DNA of 64,000 nt from Ophelia neglecta (GCA_965285935.1 OZ260664.1:32798001-32862000), one strand, 5' to 3'; positions 13,325 through 25,816 are shown, counted from the first letter of the stretch. The notes: a model not told the origin generated them from the letters alone. Program-made: numbers and translations.

Positions 13325-16300
13325 TAAGGGGCGATGTTAGGGGTGTTCTCGTGCCCAGTTCACAGTTGGAAAAATAGGCACATCTGGATTCACAGACATT
13401 TAATATCTGGGTTTTTCATATCACAGCGCTGCATGTGGCTGCTTGATCGTGGAAGACTTTTGGAATTTTTCTACAGGTGCGACTTCGCTAGTGTGTGTAA
13501 AAGTTTCACAGGATTTGGCTAACATGCCAAAGGATCAGCTTGTGCTTTTTAGACTTTTTTTGTCACTCTGATATTCAGTTTTTTGTGTGGTTTTTAATAT
13601 TCAGGAATCTGTGCATAAACAAAGCTGGCACAGTGACACTAATGAACTTCTCATGTTTCTGCTTTGTTTGCTGAACCCTGGCATGCACTGGATACTTAAG
13701 AGGAGTGTTACATTTGTAAGCTCACAGCCATGTGCTATACTAAGCTTGGAGGTCAGGGGCCGGGTTTGCAACAGAGTTCATCACCATCTGACTGGAGTAA
13801 TAGTGTACAGACAATTAAGTCCATACCAACCAGATCACGCGGTAAACGAGGTGGATCAGGACGGGTCAAACACTATTGTGAAGCAAGCAGACCAGGTTTA
13901 ATACCTGTGATAACAACAACAAGGAGAAAGACTCCGCTGGTTCTGCCAAGGCCAGCAACAACTATTGTGCATGTGTCTCTCACTAATGAGGTGCCCCTAG
14001 ATCAAAACAAACTGTCTCTTTGTGCTGTGAATGCCAGATCAATTAGGAACAGGGCTCTCCACTTGCATGATCTAATCATTACAAATAACTATGATCTTCT
14101 GGCAATTACAGAGACCTGGCTGAAATCAGGGGAGGAAGATAATGTCATAATTGCTGAACTTTTACCTCCAGGCTATGACATACTTCATATGCCACGCCCA
14201 TCAGGTTACGGTGGTATCGCCATCATCTATAGGGAAAGCCTTGACATACGTCAGATAGGCCATGAATTATATCAGTCATTTGAGCTTCTGGACTTTACAC
14301 TAGGAACAAACTCAAAATCTTATGTGTCTGTGGTATACAGACCACCTCCCTCAACAAGAAATAAACTTACAACCCCCTTGTTCATGTCTGAATTCGGTGA
14401 ATTCCTTGAGTCGAAGGTGTTGGTTTCTGGTCAACTTTTACTACTGGGTGATTTTAATATCCATGTCAACAAGAGTGGTGATAGAGATGCAGAGAATTTT
14501 CTTGAGCTTTTGGCGACATTTGACCTGAAACAACACATATCTGGGCCTACTCACAGAGGTGGTAACACATTAGATTTGGTTATCACCCGAGAACATGAAG
14601 ACTTTATCAGTGACATAATTGTACGTGATCTGATGATTGCAGATCATGCGGCAATTGAATTGTCTTTGGACTTGTTAAAACCACCTCCTGTCAGGAAAAA
14701 TATAACTTTTAGGAAATTCTAGTCTGTGGATATATGTGAGTTCAGGGCTGATTTAAAGGCCAGTTCGCTCCCTTCAGCACCACCAGGTGTGCTGGTGTTG
14801 GATGGTGCATCAGATTTGGCAGGGGAATATGATCAAGTTATCAAGACTGTGGTGAACAAACATGCACCTGAACAAAGCAAGTCCATTAAAATCAGGCCAA
14901 TTTCACCCTGGTATAATGAGTCTATCTCGGATGCTAAACGGACTAGGCGGCAACTTGAGCGGAATTTTCGCAAGACATGTCTATCAGTTCATCGGGAGAT
15001 GTACGAGACTCAAACGCAGGTAGTACAATCCCTGATTGACAAGGCAAAATGTCAATATTATCAAGGTGAAATTTTGAATAGTCCTGGGGACCAAAGGGCC
15101 CTATTTAGGGTAGTGAGCCAGTTGTTCAGAAAAAGAAAAGATCCAGTTTATCCGCTCCATAACTCATCTAAGACACTGGCTAATGGTTTCCTTGAGTTCT
15201 TCGATGGTAAAATCTGCAAGATTAGGTCAGAACTTTCTAAGGTGAGAGACAACTCCCCACCGACTGGCGGGGGCCATTTTACCGGTCAACAGCTGATGTC
15301 ATTTGAGCCTGCCACAATAGAAGAGGTAGGGTCCATTTTGAAAAGTGCTGGTAATAAGTCTTGTGAACTGGATCCATTACCCACTTGGTTATTACGAGAG
15401 TGCCTTGATGAACTACTTCCAACCATTACAGGCACTGTAAATGAGTCGCTCCTATCAGGAAGTTTCCCTCAACATTTCAAGTCGGCCTTGGTAAGGCCTC
15501 TACTGAAGAAGTCTACACTTTGTAAAGAACAGTTAAAAAATTACCGTCCAGTGTCAAACCTTGCATTCATTTCCAAGGTGGTAGAGAAGATAGTTTCTGT
15601 CAGGCTGAATAAACACCTTTCAGAGAATGGCCTTGAAGAGACCTTTCAGTCTGCCTACAGAAAGGCTCACAGTGTAGAAACTGCACTTCTTCGCGTTCAA
15701 GATGACCTGCTTGGCGCCTTGGACCGGGAGGGTGGTGCTTTACTGGTACTCCTTGACCTATCAGCGGCCTTCGATACGGTCGATCACAGTCTGCTTCTGG
15801 ACCGTCTGGCCACCACAGTGGGAGTTGGGGGAACAGCCCTCAAGTGGTTTTCTTCCTATTTGAGTGATCGGTCACAGTCAGTGGTTGTAAACGGAGAGGC
15901 TTCTGAATCTCAACCACTTGCATGTGGTGTCCCGCAAGGAAGTGTGCTTGGACCACTACTGTTTTCCATATATACCATGGACATTGGTCAGGTCATGAGG
16001 CAGCAGGATATGCTTTTTCATCTCTACGCCGATGACACACAGTTGTATGGTTCATTTGCTCCTAAACAACAGGATGGTTTAGTCAAATCTTTAACTAGAC
16101 TGGAGCAATGCATTTGTGATATCCGCTCATGGATGGCAAGAAACTTTCTTCGTCTGAATGATGATAAAACTGAGTTTCTCATACTCACTAGTCCCTGGGC
16201 CCGATTCAGCCCAAAGGCCGAACATGCCATTCGTATCGGTGATACAATGGTCAAGGCTGTTGAACATGCAAGAAACATCGGCATGGTGTTTCAGTCTGAT

Positions 16301-17041
16301 GGTCAACTGATCAAACAGATAGCTGGTACCTGCAAATCAGCTTTTCACCATCTCCGTAACATTGGCAGGATAAAAAGACATCTGACTCGGACGGCTCTTG
16401 AAACAGTCATTCATGCCTTTGTGACATCCAAGCTGGATCAGTGCAACTCTCTGTATCTTGGGCTTCCAAACAAACATATAGATAGGCTGCAGAGGGTCCA
16501 GAATGCAGCAGCTAGGATGCTTACCGGGTCTGGATACAGATGTAAGATGACTCCTGTTCTCCGTGAATTACACTGGCTGCCTGTTCAGTACAGAATTAAT
16601 TTCAAGGTCTGCCTTCTTGTGTTTAAGGCCCTGAATGGTTTAGCACCAGAATATATATCGGACTTGATCAAACCATACAGGTCTCAGAGAAACTTAAGGT
16701 CTAATGACAATTTACTTCTGGTCATTCCAAGATCAAGAACAGTAACATATGGTGCTCGGAGGTTTTCCACTGGTGCTCCCAAACTATGGAATTCCCTCCC
16801 AATTAATATAAAATCTAGTCCATCGGTCACAGTGTTTAAATCTAGGCTTAAGACTCACTATTTTAAATGTGCATTTGACTAGTTCTTTTGAACTATTGTG
16901 TAAATTTTTAGTCGTATTTATTGTCAGACTATTTTTATATTTGCGCGTGATCATTTTTTATCCCTTGTTGTGTTGTGAAGCGCTTTGAGCTGACATGTAA
17001 AAGCGCTATAAAAATGCTACAAATAAATAAATAAATAAAAA
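13325..17041 (+). mobile_element. L2-clade non-LTR retrotransposon, nearly full length, inside the iGluR intron; 5' boundary approximate
   Basis: APE endonuclease plus RT ORF; 3' stem-loop AGCGCTTT(16979-16986)...AAAGCGCT(17000-17007) and (AATA)n tail at 17021-17041, typical of L2 3' ends; no TSD found. Confidence 0.92.
13730..16882 (+). pseudogene. LINE ORF2 (APE endonuclease + reverse transcriptase) interrupted by one in-frame TAG at 14720-14722
   Basis: APE motifs NARSI, ITETW, GGIAI, VYRPP, GDFN, TLDL, ADH; RT motifs NYRPVSNL, QSAYR, LDLSAAFD, GVPQGSVLGP, YADD. ORFs 13730-14722 and 14726-16882 share one frame. Confidence 0.93.
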
Positions 17042-19567
17042 TCACAAGAGATACGCATTACCCGCATCCCGATAGTTTGAAATAGGCCTAAATAGTGAGA
17101 CCCTAGTCAGGGTAAATTAAACAGAACATTTCCAGCTGACAGTCAGGAGACAGTTAACAGAACATTCTCAGATGAGAAGTAAATCCTTGATCCTGAAGAA
17201 TAGACAAATGTCAAATCCGTAAACTGAAGGTTCAAAGTTCAGAACCAAGGTCACCTAAACGGAAATAACCCGAATTTGCCGTAATTAAAGTCAGGCATGC
17301 ACCTACACAGGTCTATATAGACATTATATGTAAAGACATGCATACCATACGGAGCTTTAACTTGTTGGAGACAGTAAACCCGGCCTACCGACATACTATA
17401 GGCTGTTAATAATTCGTGTGTTTTGTCATCAAATTCGTAGCTCCTAGTCTATGTTAATTTCAACAATAACTTGCTTCCACGAAACTAGCGTACGAAATCT
17501 ACTTGGCATGATGAATACCCAAGGTTTTTCTCTCGTTTTTTTCATATGGACCTTGGGATAAATCCATACCTGTAGACATTTAACAGTCATCAGTAAGATA
17601 AGGGAAAGTGTACAAGACCTCCATGGAGTGTTAAAATAAACAGCGAGAAAGCACTTAACCTGACAAATTAACGTTCGGGATTACACGTAACGTCAGTTGC
17701 CATAGAATTTATATCATGGAAACGACTTTTTTTGCTTCTGGTAGTCCAAGTCTTATAGCTTATAAAAGTCAAACAATCGCATCGAATTGCCCTCCTGTCA
17801 TCAAATGTAGATCCCACAAGAGGTGGGGAAGTTTCAGGCATAAACACTAGGGTGGGCCGATTAATAAAAAATTAGAACAAATGACCAAACAATTCTTAAA
17901 GAGCTAAAGAATGGGGAAGAAGTTTCCTCGGAAAATTGGTCAATTGATTGTTAGGCCATATGAACGTAATAAAATCATTCACAGCCTTCTATTTTTGATT
18001 CTGAAAAAAAGGGGGAGGTAGGTTTTTTTTTTGCAAATAGCTAATTACTTTTCATAAGAAAAATTACCGAGTTAGTTTTAAAATGGTCTATTTCAATATC
18101 ATTGTTAATTAAAACGAAATACTTTAACACTGGCGTAAAGTTCTTTTACTCTATTCTTGTACGTCTAGCAGACAATGATGAATCCTCAAAATAAGCAAAT
18201 ATAGGCTGCACACATTTAGAAAAATACACTTTACAAATAAAACGGAAAATAAAGTTATAAACATGAAAAGTAATATCAAATATCACTTCATAATCAACAC
18301 TCTTGGATATTTTTAACATAGATAGGGGTATTTTGGGTAATTTTGCTCATTGGCTAATTTTGCTCAACATTTTGTATCCTTATTAATGTTTACAACCCAT
18401 TGGCTTAAACACTACTTCAGGTCGTCCTTTTTAAACACTACTGACATTTTCTCCGATAAAACCATTCTGCATCGGCCATCTTGGAACACGTTTCAACAGC
18501 GGGCATAGGCCTATCATCACAAGTCCTCGTTCTCTTTCAAAAAGTTAATTTAATTAGTTAATTGTTTGTTTTCAAATGCTCCATAACCTCTAGTAATATA
18601 AGTTTTTAAAGCATATTCATGATGTTAGTTGTTTTTTTTTATTAGGATTTATTCTTCTTTCTTCTGTCTTTTTTTTCTCCCTCTGATATTAGATAAGCTT
18701 TGCCGGTGTCTGTCGGTACCATTTTTATCATAACTCACGAGCTAGTCTATCAATGCTCCCCTTGCAAGCTTTTTTGGATACACGATTTTGAGGAAAATTA
18801 GACTTTGGGCGAAATTAGGTAAAATTATCAACGGCAGTCTCTATCTACCGGGCCTTCAATGAAACAAGTTTTATCAATCCCCCTCCAGTGATTTGACGAC
18901 GGATCTGCCCTACTTGCACATTAGGCCTATGCCTTTTCATATATATATTAAGTGTACTGGGAAATATCATTAATTTGGTCTGCAGTAGGGCTAATTTATT
19001 AAGTACTATATTTCAATTTAAAAATAAATATAGGCCTATTTTACTGTTGACAAGGAATTTACATTCAGTAAATACACTTCCTTAGAGTCCATAAAGCAGA
19101 AGTCATGGACGTGGCCATTTCACTTAGGTGTGTGCCGTCAAAAAGGCTCGTTTAAGGGGGAAATTTTCCCTAGCTAAGGTCTGTTTTCACCAAACAGTCC
19201 CTATCTAAGGTTCGTTTTTTTTAAAGTCTGGATATTTTGGAAAATTTGGCAATATCCCCCCGGGATTGAAAGGCTTAAAATACTGAGCTTTAAATTGGTC
19301 AATTTCATGCAGATAAGCTTATCCATAGATAGGGCCTTTTTCGTATTCGTTGCAAAACTTGAACAACTAACAAGTTAGATCTCAAAGCATTGATCAGAGT
19401 TCAGTTAAGTCCTTTATAACATCACTCTAGCTCTATGGGTTATGCATGGTGGCTAAACGTTGCTCTGTGTATTTAAAGCGAGGCATAAGAAAAAAACCCG
19501 CATTAACCACATGATTTGCACGTCTCTGGTGTGCTTAGTACCGACATTTTCACCGCCTACAGCAGAA

Positions 19568-19667
19568 GCCACCGTGGCCCAATGGATAAGGCATCGGCCT
19601 CCTACGCAGAACTGAGTGTGAGCCAGGAGAGAGCCGGGGATTGCGGGTTCGAGTCCCGCCGGTGGTT
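19568..19667 (+). tRNA. tRNA-Arg(CCT) with a 27-nt intron (19605-19631)
   Basis: Acceptor GCCACCG/CGGTGGT; D arm with A-box TGGCCCAATGG; anticodon stem TCGGC/GCCGG with loop CT-CCT-A^A; T arm GCGGG-TTCGAGT-CCCGC; TTTT Pol III terminator at 19673-19676. Confidence 0.93.
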
Positions 19668-22043
19668 AGCTCTTTTAAAAAAAAAAGTTACTCTTCCTTC
19701 AATAGTATAATACGAATGCTTGTTCTAAGCTCCAGTAGACATGTACCAGGTTTATTGGGGCAATACAGGCGGTGTGCTAAAAAGTCAAACATTAAGTAGT
19801 TTCAGGTTAAACTGATCTTTCTCATAAACGTTTATTGTGAAGCCTATTTTGGCCAATTTTTGTTTTAACAGTTATCCCCCTCTCAGGTAACAGTAGGCCT
19901 ACTAGAATAAATAATGAATATGTGGTGTATTAAGCGAAATGACCCGCTTATACTGAGTGGTGGGGAGGGGGGGGCATGATATTTTCAGTTGGACTAATCG
20001 AAGAGGGGGGGGGGGGGTCACTAATGATGATATATTTTTAATTGCACGTATATAGGTGGGGACCAGTATTATGTCGCTTCTCGCTCTCGCCCTCCCCCCC
20101 CCCCCCCCACTTCCTAAAGCTAATGAACGCAAAACAAAGAACCCCCCCCATTAGCGCGGAGTCGGCCTATCCCGCCCAGCCTTATGCAGAGTACCCACCC
20201 CCCAGCCCCCTTGGTCAGTGGCAATGTTATAAATCCAGGAAGAGAGGCCTTTCTGCCATACTATATGAAATACAGAAAAAAAATCATTGAAAAAAGGGGT
20301 CTTCCACGGTATTGATGATTGAGCAAAGCGCTTCTTTTGTTAGCCCTTTGGAAAATCATAACTTTTTCTTATAATGACGTTGCACGAGTTCATCCAATTT
20401 CTAAGCATGCCAAAGAGTACAATGCCCTCTAACCGATGCTAACTGGTTCAAGGTCACATCAAATAGCCTAGGGAGCTAGATAGCTTATAGGCCTATGCTC
20501 TCGGGCTTGATATGCTCGCATCTTTGGCAATTACGATACACTTAGGTTAGGGCCTATAATACAGTGTACTTACAATATCTGTGGACACAGGAACCTACGC
20601 AGGCGCAAAACACTGCTTGTTTCGGATGACCGGATCGACCCTAATTAATTCACAATCTAGGCCTAGGACTACCCAACATATTTAGTTTAGCTTCAGTAAC
20701 ACATGTGTTTTTCACAAAGATACACCCGGAAGGCCCTCGTTAGCCAGACGCGCATTGCATGCAAAACATATGTGGGTATAGGCTATATAGGTCTACATCT
20801 TCGAAGAAATGTCAGAAGAAAATTAATCTTTGAAAACTAACCTCTCAACGCCCGAGTAGAATATCCAATATTTCAGGTACAAATCTGGCGCCGGCCCCCC
20901 CCCCCCCCCGCACCCTGCATGGCTCATTTAATTTTGGTCGTTGTCAAGTCACACCTTATATAGAATTGACAGAAAGGTGACAACTTTAACGGACCATCCA
21001 TGAAAGCGGACTGCTTCCCCAACAACGCCATCTGTACGGCCATTGCCCCCCCCCCCCCCCCCCCGCCTCCCCTCTGTAACAATGGCTGGCCTTTTTTTCG
21101 AAAACGGCAAGAAAAAACATTATCGTTATTAAGACAAACACGCATGCTCAGTTTTTTTTTACTTTTTTTCGTACCGATTCCTGGAAATATCGCGCCATGC
21201 GGCACTAGTTGTTGTTAGTTTCAAGCAGAAAATATAGAACAAAACTTGACTGCGAGTATTTTAAAAGGTTTTTTGCCACAGGTAATTCATTACAATTATG
21301 CTTCTTCTCTTGTGTACATCCTGCCCTTAATACACCCTAAGGCTTGTACCTCTCGAGCCACCGCCTTTCCCATATTTCACTGAGTTTTCCCAACTGGCTC
21401 ATATCTATAGTCAATAGCCATGCCTTCAGCACCATAAGACAGACAGTGGTCGCCGGCACGGTTCAAGGATAGGCCCTATATCAAGCTTCAAGGAAGGCAG
21501 TTCTCAATTTCATACCCGTTTATTTTACGGCCTTTACGAGAATGATAAATACGATATGATGTATCCAAAGTAACTTTTAAATAGTAGTTAATTTGCTCAG
21601 TTTATTTTCACGACAAGAATGGATTGCTAGGCAAATTTATTTCTAGGAAAACATCCCAAAGTCTGGTTCATATAATATTTCGTAGCGACAGAATAGAGCG
21701 TTTGTTCACGTGTGTTTATTGTAGTACATGGCTACACACGAAAGCCATCTGTGCTAGGAATGCAACTGCTTTGCGACATGCCTCTGGGGTTGTTGGGATC
21801 GCGTCCAAAAACAAAAGCAAATAAACATCGCCGCCCTAACAGAATATCTATTTCGAATAACGGTAGTAATAATGTATCTTACAGAATTTTTATTACACTT
21901 TACCATTTAGTCAGTAGTCGTAAAATCAAAGAATGGTACTACTAACCATCTAATGTTTAATAAATGTTCCCTGTATAACCTGAATTTTTAATTGTTTATA
22001 AAACAATCCCGCTGGTTCCTGGCCAGACGACGCCATCCCAAAG

Positions 22044-22174
22044 NNNNNNNNNNNNNNNNNNNNNNNNNNNNNNNNNNNNNNNNNNNNNNNNNNNNNNNNN
22101 NNNNNNNNNNNNNNNNNNNNNNNNNNNNNNNNNNNNNNNNNNNNNNNNNNNNNNNNNNNNNNNNNNNNNNNNNN
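22044..22174. other. Assembly gap (131 N)
   Basis: Run of N within the long iGluR intron. Confidence 1.
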
Positions 22175-24101
22175 CTCTAAATGGTGGTGACAACTAAGCT
22201 CCCGAGGTCTTAAGATCTGTCTGCTGTCTGACAAGATACCACTAAGAATAAGAGGTAACTTCTCGCCTGCAGACCGGAGACCACCCTAGTGAGCACGACC
22301 TCTTTAAGCACCATCGATAGTTTATCGGCCGAAGGGAGAGGTTGGCTGGGGTGGGGGTGTTGAGGATGGGGTGGGCGATAGATTGGCGTCAGATGGAGGA
22401 GGTGTTTTTAATCATTTAAAAATATGCACTTACTTATAGGCATACCCACTATAGTCCTTCATTGTGTATACGTAGGAGTACCCACAAATACCTGGTACGT
22501 ATCAGTTTATTGTAAAATGACATTGAGAGAATGTGTCTGTGTTAACATCAACCATCCGCTATAGTAGAACAAGGCCAGATTATGATACATATCAATGCTG
22601 GTGTCTTTACTACTACATCAACATTTATTGATGTGGCAACGCTTCACAACGACCGAATGTTGAGCTGTCATGGGTGATATGAAGCCGTTGAACCGAGTGA
22701 ATTTATTCTGTTTATTTACCAAGCATTGTTTTGAAAAATGACATCGATATTCTGGTGATAATTCAGCCTTTAGAAATGCATATACATAATATTACCTAGG
22801 TTATTTATACCAATTGCAACTCCAATATTCGAGTGAAAATGGGTTCTAGAGTAAATTTTTATATGCGTTTAACTGTAGCAAACAATCAGATGAATAATTC
22901 ACATTTTTCTCAACACCAACACTTTTACATTCATGAGCCTATACGAGTTACTCCGTGATATATATCATATGTTATCAGTCTATGGCAACAATGTACGGCG
23001 TTGAAAGTAAAGATAATTAGTATGTTGATAGAGTATTTTATTACTCGAGTCTTTGTACATGATGCCTAAACCGGGTATTCTGCATAAGAAACATAACTAA
23101 GCGCTCATCAAAAATGACCCCTAGCAACCCTCTTGAGCCCCATTAGCTTCAACAGCCCCCTCCCCGAGATTGCAAGTGCATGCAAAATTTATTTTAAGGT
23201 TAAATTCAAACACGTTTCCAACAGTCGATAGTTAGTAACAAAAGTTAATCAAATAACTGTACTGTCCGTTGCACTTTACCGTCCAAATTATTCTGTTTTC
23301 CAACAGGAAAAATTATTGTGAGAGATTACACGGGTCGTATCATTTTCCGAAAAGGCTAAAATATCAGTTATTTTTGTGTTAATTCGTGTTGTTTAATTAA
23401 CCAATTATATAACTTGATCATGTAGCGAGGCTTGTCATATGATTTTCGATTATCATTTATGACTCTTTTTGGTGTATATAATATGTAATATGTTGAAATA
23501 TTTAACGGCAAGCTAGGACGGAAACCTGTTGTGTCTAAGCAAAAAAAAATCTTATCATATTATATTATAAACTTATATTTTGTATTAATAGATGTAATCC
23601 ATGATATGGCAATCTAAAAATTACCTACGGCTGGTTTTCAGATGTACCAACAATACTCTATACTCTTCTATGCTACAGGGCCACTCTATTCAATATAGTT
23701 GTTCATAATTTTCCGATTTAATTGCTAACACTGAAAAGTACACAAATACCTCTTCAAAGCTATGACACAAAGCCAGTTTTCTGTTCATCTTTTCTGGCAA
23801 AAGCACTCGCAACCTGGCCTAATGTTTGTGTGACAACTACGAACCCAGCTCAAGAATCAGTTGACATTGGCGACTGGGCGAGTGCCAAAGTTCATAACTG
23901 CAAGCACGTTGAATAACTATGATTCTATAAAGCCAGAAGCCAATGACAACCCTCAATGCAATTCCCAAAGTGGTGAACATATGGTTCTTTACTAATGAAG
24001 TTTTTTTGTCATCACTTTTTCAAAAAATTGTATTTATAGGTCGCATCGTAACCACGGATTCCTTTGTTATAACATAGTTTGTCTTTTTGATTATTATTCA
24101 G

Positions 24102-24928
24102 AATGCCACGATGTCGGTCGCACCCTTGAGTATCAACGCCCAGCGGGAGGAGGCTATGGATTTCACTAAGCCATTCAAGACTCGAGGTATCACCGTGCTG
24201 ATAAAGACCCCGGAGAGTCATAGCTCTTACTTTGAGTTCATGAGTCCCCTGTCCACTACCGTATGGGCCTGCGTTCTAGCCGCTATGACTGTGGTCAGTG
24301 TGGTTTTATACCTGGTGGAAAGGCGGAGCAAAGCTTGGAGAAAGGATCTACCACGGTTAAATGTGGCTGAGAGTTGGTGGTTCACCTTTGGGGCGATAGC
24401 AGGAGGCAGCACTGAGTCTTCGCCCATCACCATGCCGGGCCGTCTGCTCACCAGCGCCTGGTGGTTCTTTTCTCTCATCCTCATCTCCACCTACACCGCC
24501 AACCTCGCCGCCTTCCTCACCGTCAAAAAGATCAATCCGCCAATCGGAAGTGTGGCGGACCTCATCGGACAGTCCAAAATCAAATATGGGACTGTGACTA
24601 ATAGCGGGGTTTTGACTTTTTTCAGTAACACCAATGTTAAACCATATAGCGTCATGTTTGAACAAATGATGCTCGTAGAAGGCAGCCTGGTCAACTCCAC
24701 CGACGAAGCAACACGCAGAGTTGAGGAAGGAAACTATGCCTTCCTCTGGGATAACTCTGTGAACAAATATCTAGCGTCTACTAACTGTCGATATACAGAG
24801 ATCGGCCCTGCCTTTGACCCTAAGGGTTTCGGTATTGGCCTAGCGACGGGAACAACGTACAAGGAAGACCTGTCCTTGTTAATACTGCAGCTTGGAGACA
24901 GCGGTAAAATTAGTGAACTCGAGGAAAA
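24102..24928 (+). CDS. iGluR exon (end of S1, M1, M2 pore loop, M3, S2), 827 nt
   Basis: tattcag|...AA|gtaagc; APLSINAQRE, DFTKPF, WWFFSLILISTYTANLAAFLTV gate motif, YGTV, YAFLWD, KGFGIG. Confidence 0.97.
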
Positions 24929-25268
24929 GTAAGCTTTAAACCGCATCTATTTTCTAACAATTACATCTTTCATTTGTTCTTCAAACCAACATGATGCTTA
25001 GGTATGTTATTATATTTCCGTGGAATCCATATTGGTTTTATCTTAAATGTACGCATTCGACTGACGAATGGTTTAAATAAGGCCTAACGGTACTGGCGAT
25101 AGCTAGGATATAAGTAGTATAGTGGAAGCTCGAAGCTCGTAGACGTGAGTCGAATAAGTCTGTAGTAGTTGAGCGTATACTGTAATCCTACATAGGAAAT
25201 AACTCTCTTCTAACATTGTGTAATATTTCATTTTCCTCTACTAGAAAAATCGTTTATTTCTATTTAAG

Positions 25269-25467
25269 ATGGTGGGGTAAATCTGAGTGCCCTGACTACA
25301 GCAAACCATTGACTTCTACAGACGAGACATCCGAGTTAGAACTGGAGAACGTGGCCGGTATATTCTTTGTGTTGGCAGGGGGTGTTGTTCTCGCCTTTAT
25401 CGCCTGCATCATTGATCACTTTGCCTACGGCCGCAGAAAAAAATTCAGAAAAGGCATAAAAGCCAAG
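25269..25467 (+). CDS. iGluR exon (S2 end, M4)
   Basis: atttaag|...AAG|gttagt; phase 2 to 0; KWWGKSEC...LELENVAGIFFVLAGGVVLAFIACII. Confidence 0.95.
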
Positions 25468-25732
25468 GTTAGTTCAATACGATTTCAGATTTTTCTTTAC
25501 GTATGGAGGATTAATAACTGACTGTCTATGGATAATTTAAAGTGGCAATGGTTTTGTCAGAGAAGGAATATGGCCGACTGTTAAGTCCTGCGCGCACAGT
25601 GTGCCGTAATACAACTTTTACAATCAGTTGGCATTGTCATATAGCCTACAAAATATACATGTACACATTTCATCAGCTATAAAATAATACGTGTTGAAAA
25701 CAAAGCCATAATTCACTGCGTTTATATTTCAG

Positions 25733-25816
25733 AGGCCACGACCGCAAGACAACGGGCAGATGCTTCATGAATTATATCGTAGTGATCCCATGGATTCGGA
25801 GGTGACCAAAGTGTGA
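25733..25816 (+). CDS. iGluR terminal coding exon ending ...DSEVTKV*
   Basis: atatttcag| in phase 0 gives RPRPQDNGQMLHELYRSDPMDSEVTKV-TGA, with a class I PDZ-type C-terminus. Confidence 0.8.
   Translation, partial: RPRPQDNGQMLHELYRSDPMDSEVTKV

Noticed and set aside
13587-13901. 104-aa ORF as LINE ORF1
   Set aside because: Short, GTG start, overlaps ORF2 in another frame, and shows no RRM, zinc-knuckle or esterase motifs.
21424-21446. REST/RE1-like TTCAGCACC half-site in a neuronal gene intron
   Set aside because: The right half and spacing do not fit the consensus, and the same 9-mer occurs inside the LINE.
21950-22234. ORFs spanning the N run
   Set aside because: Artefacts of the assembly gap.
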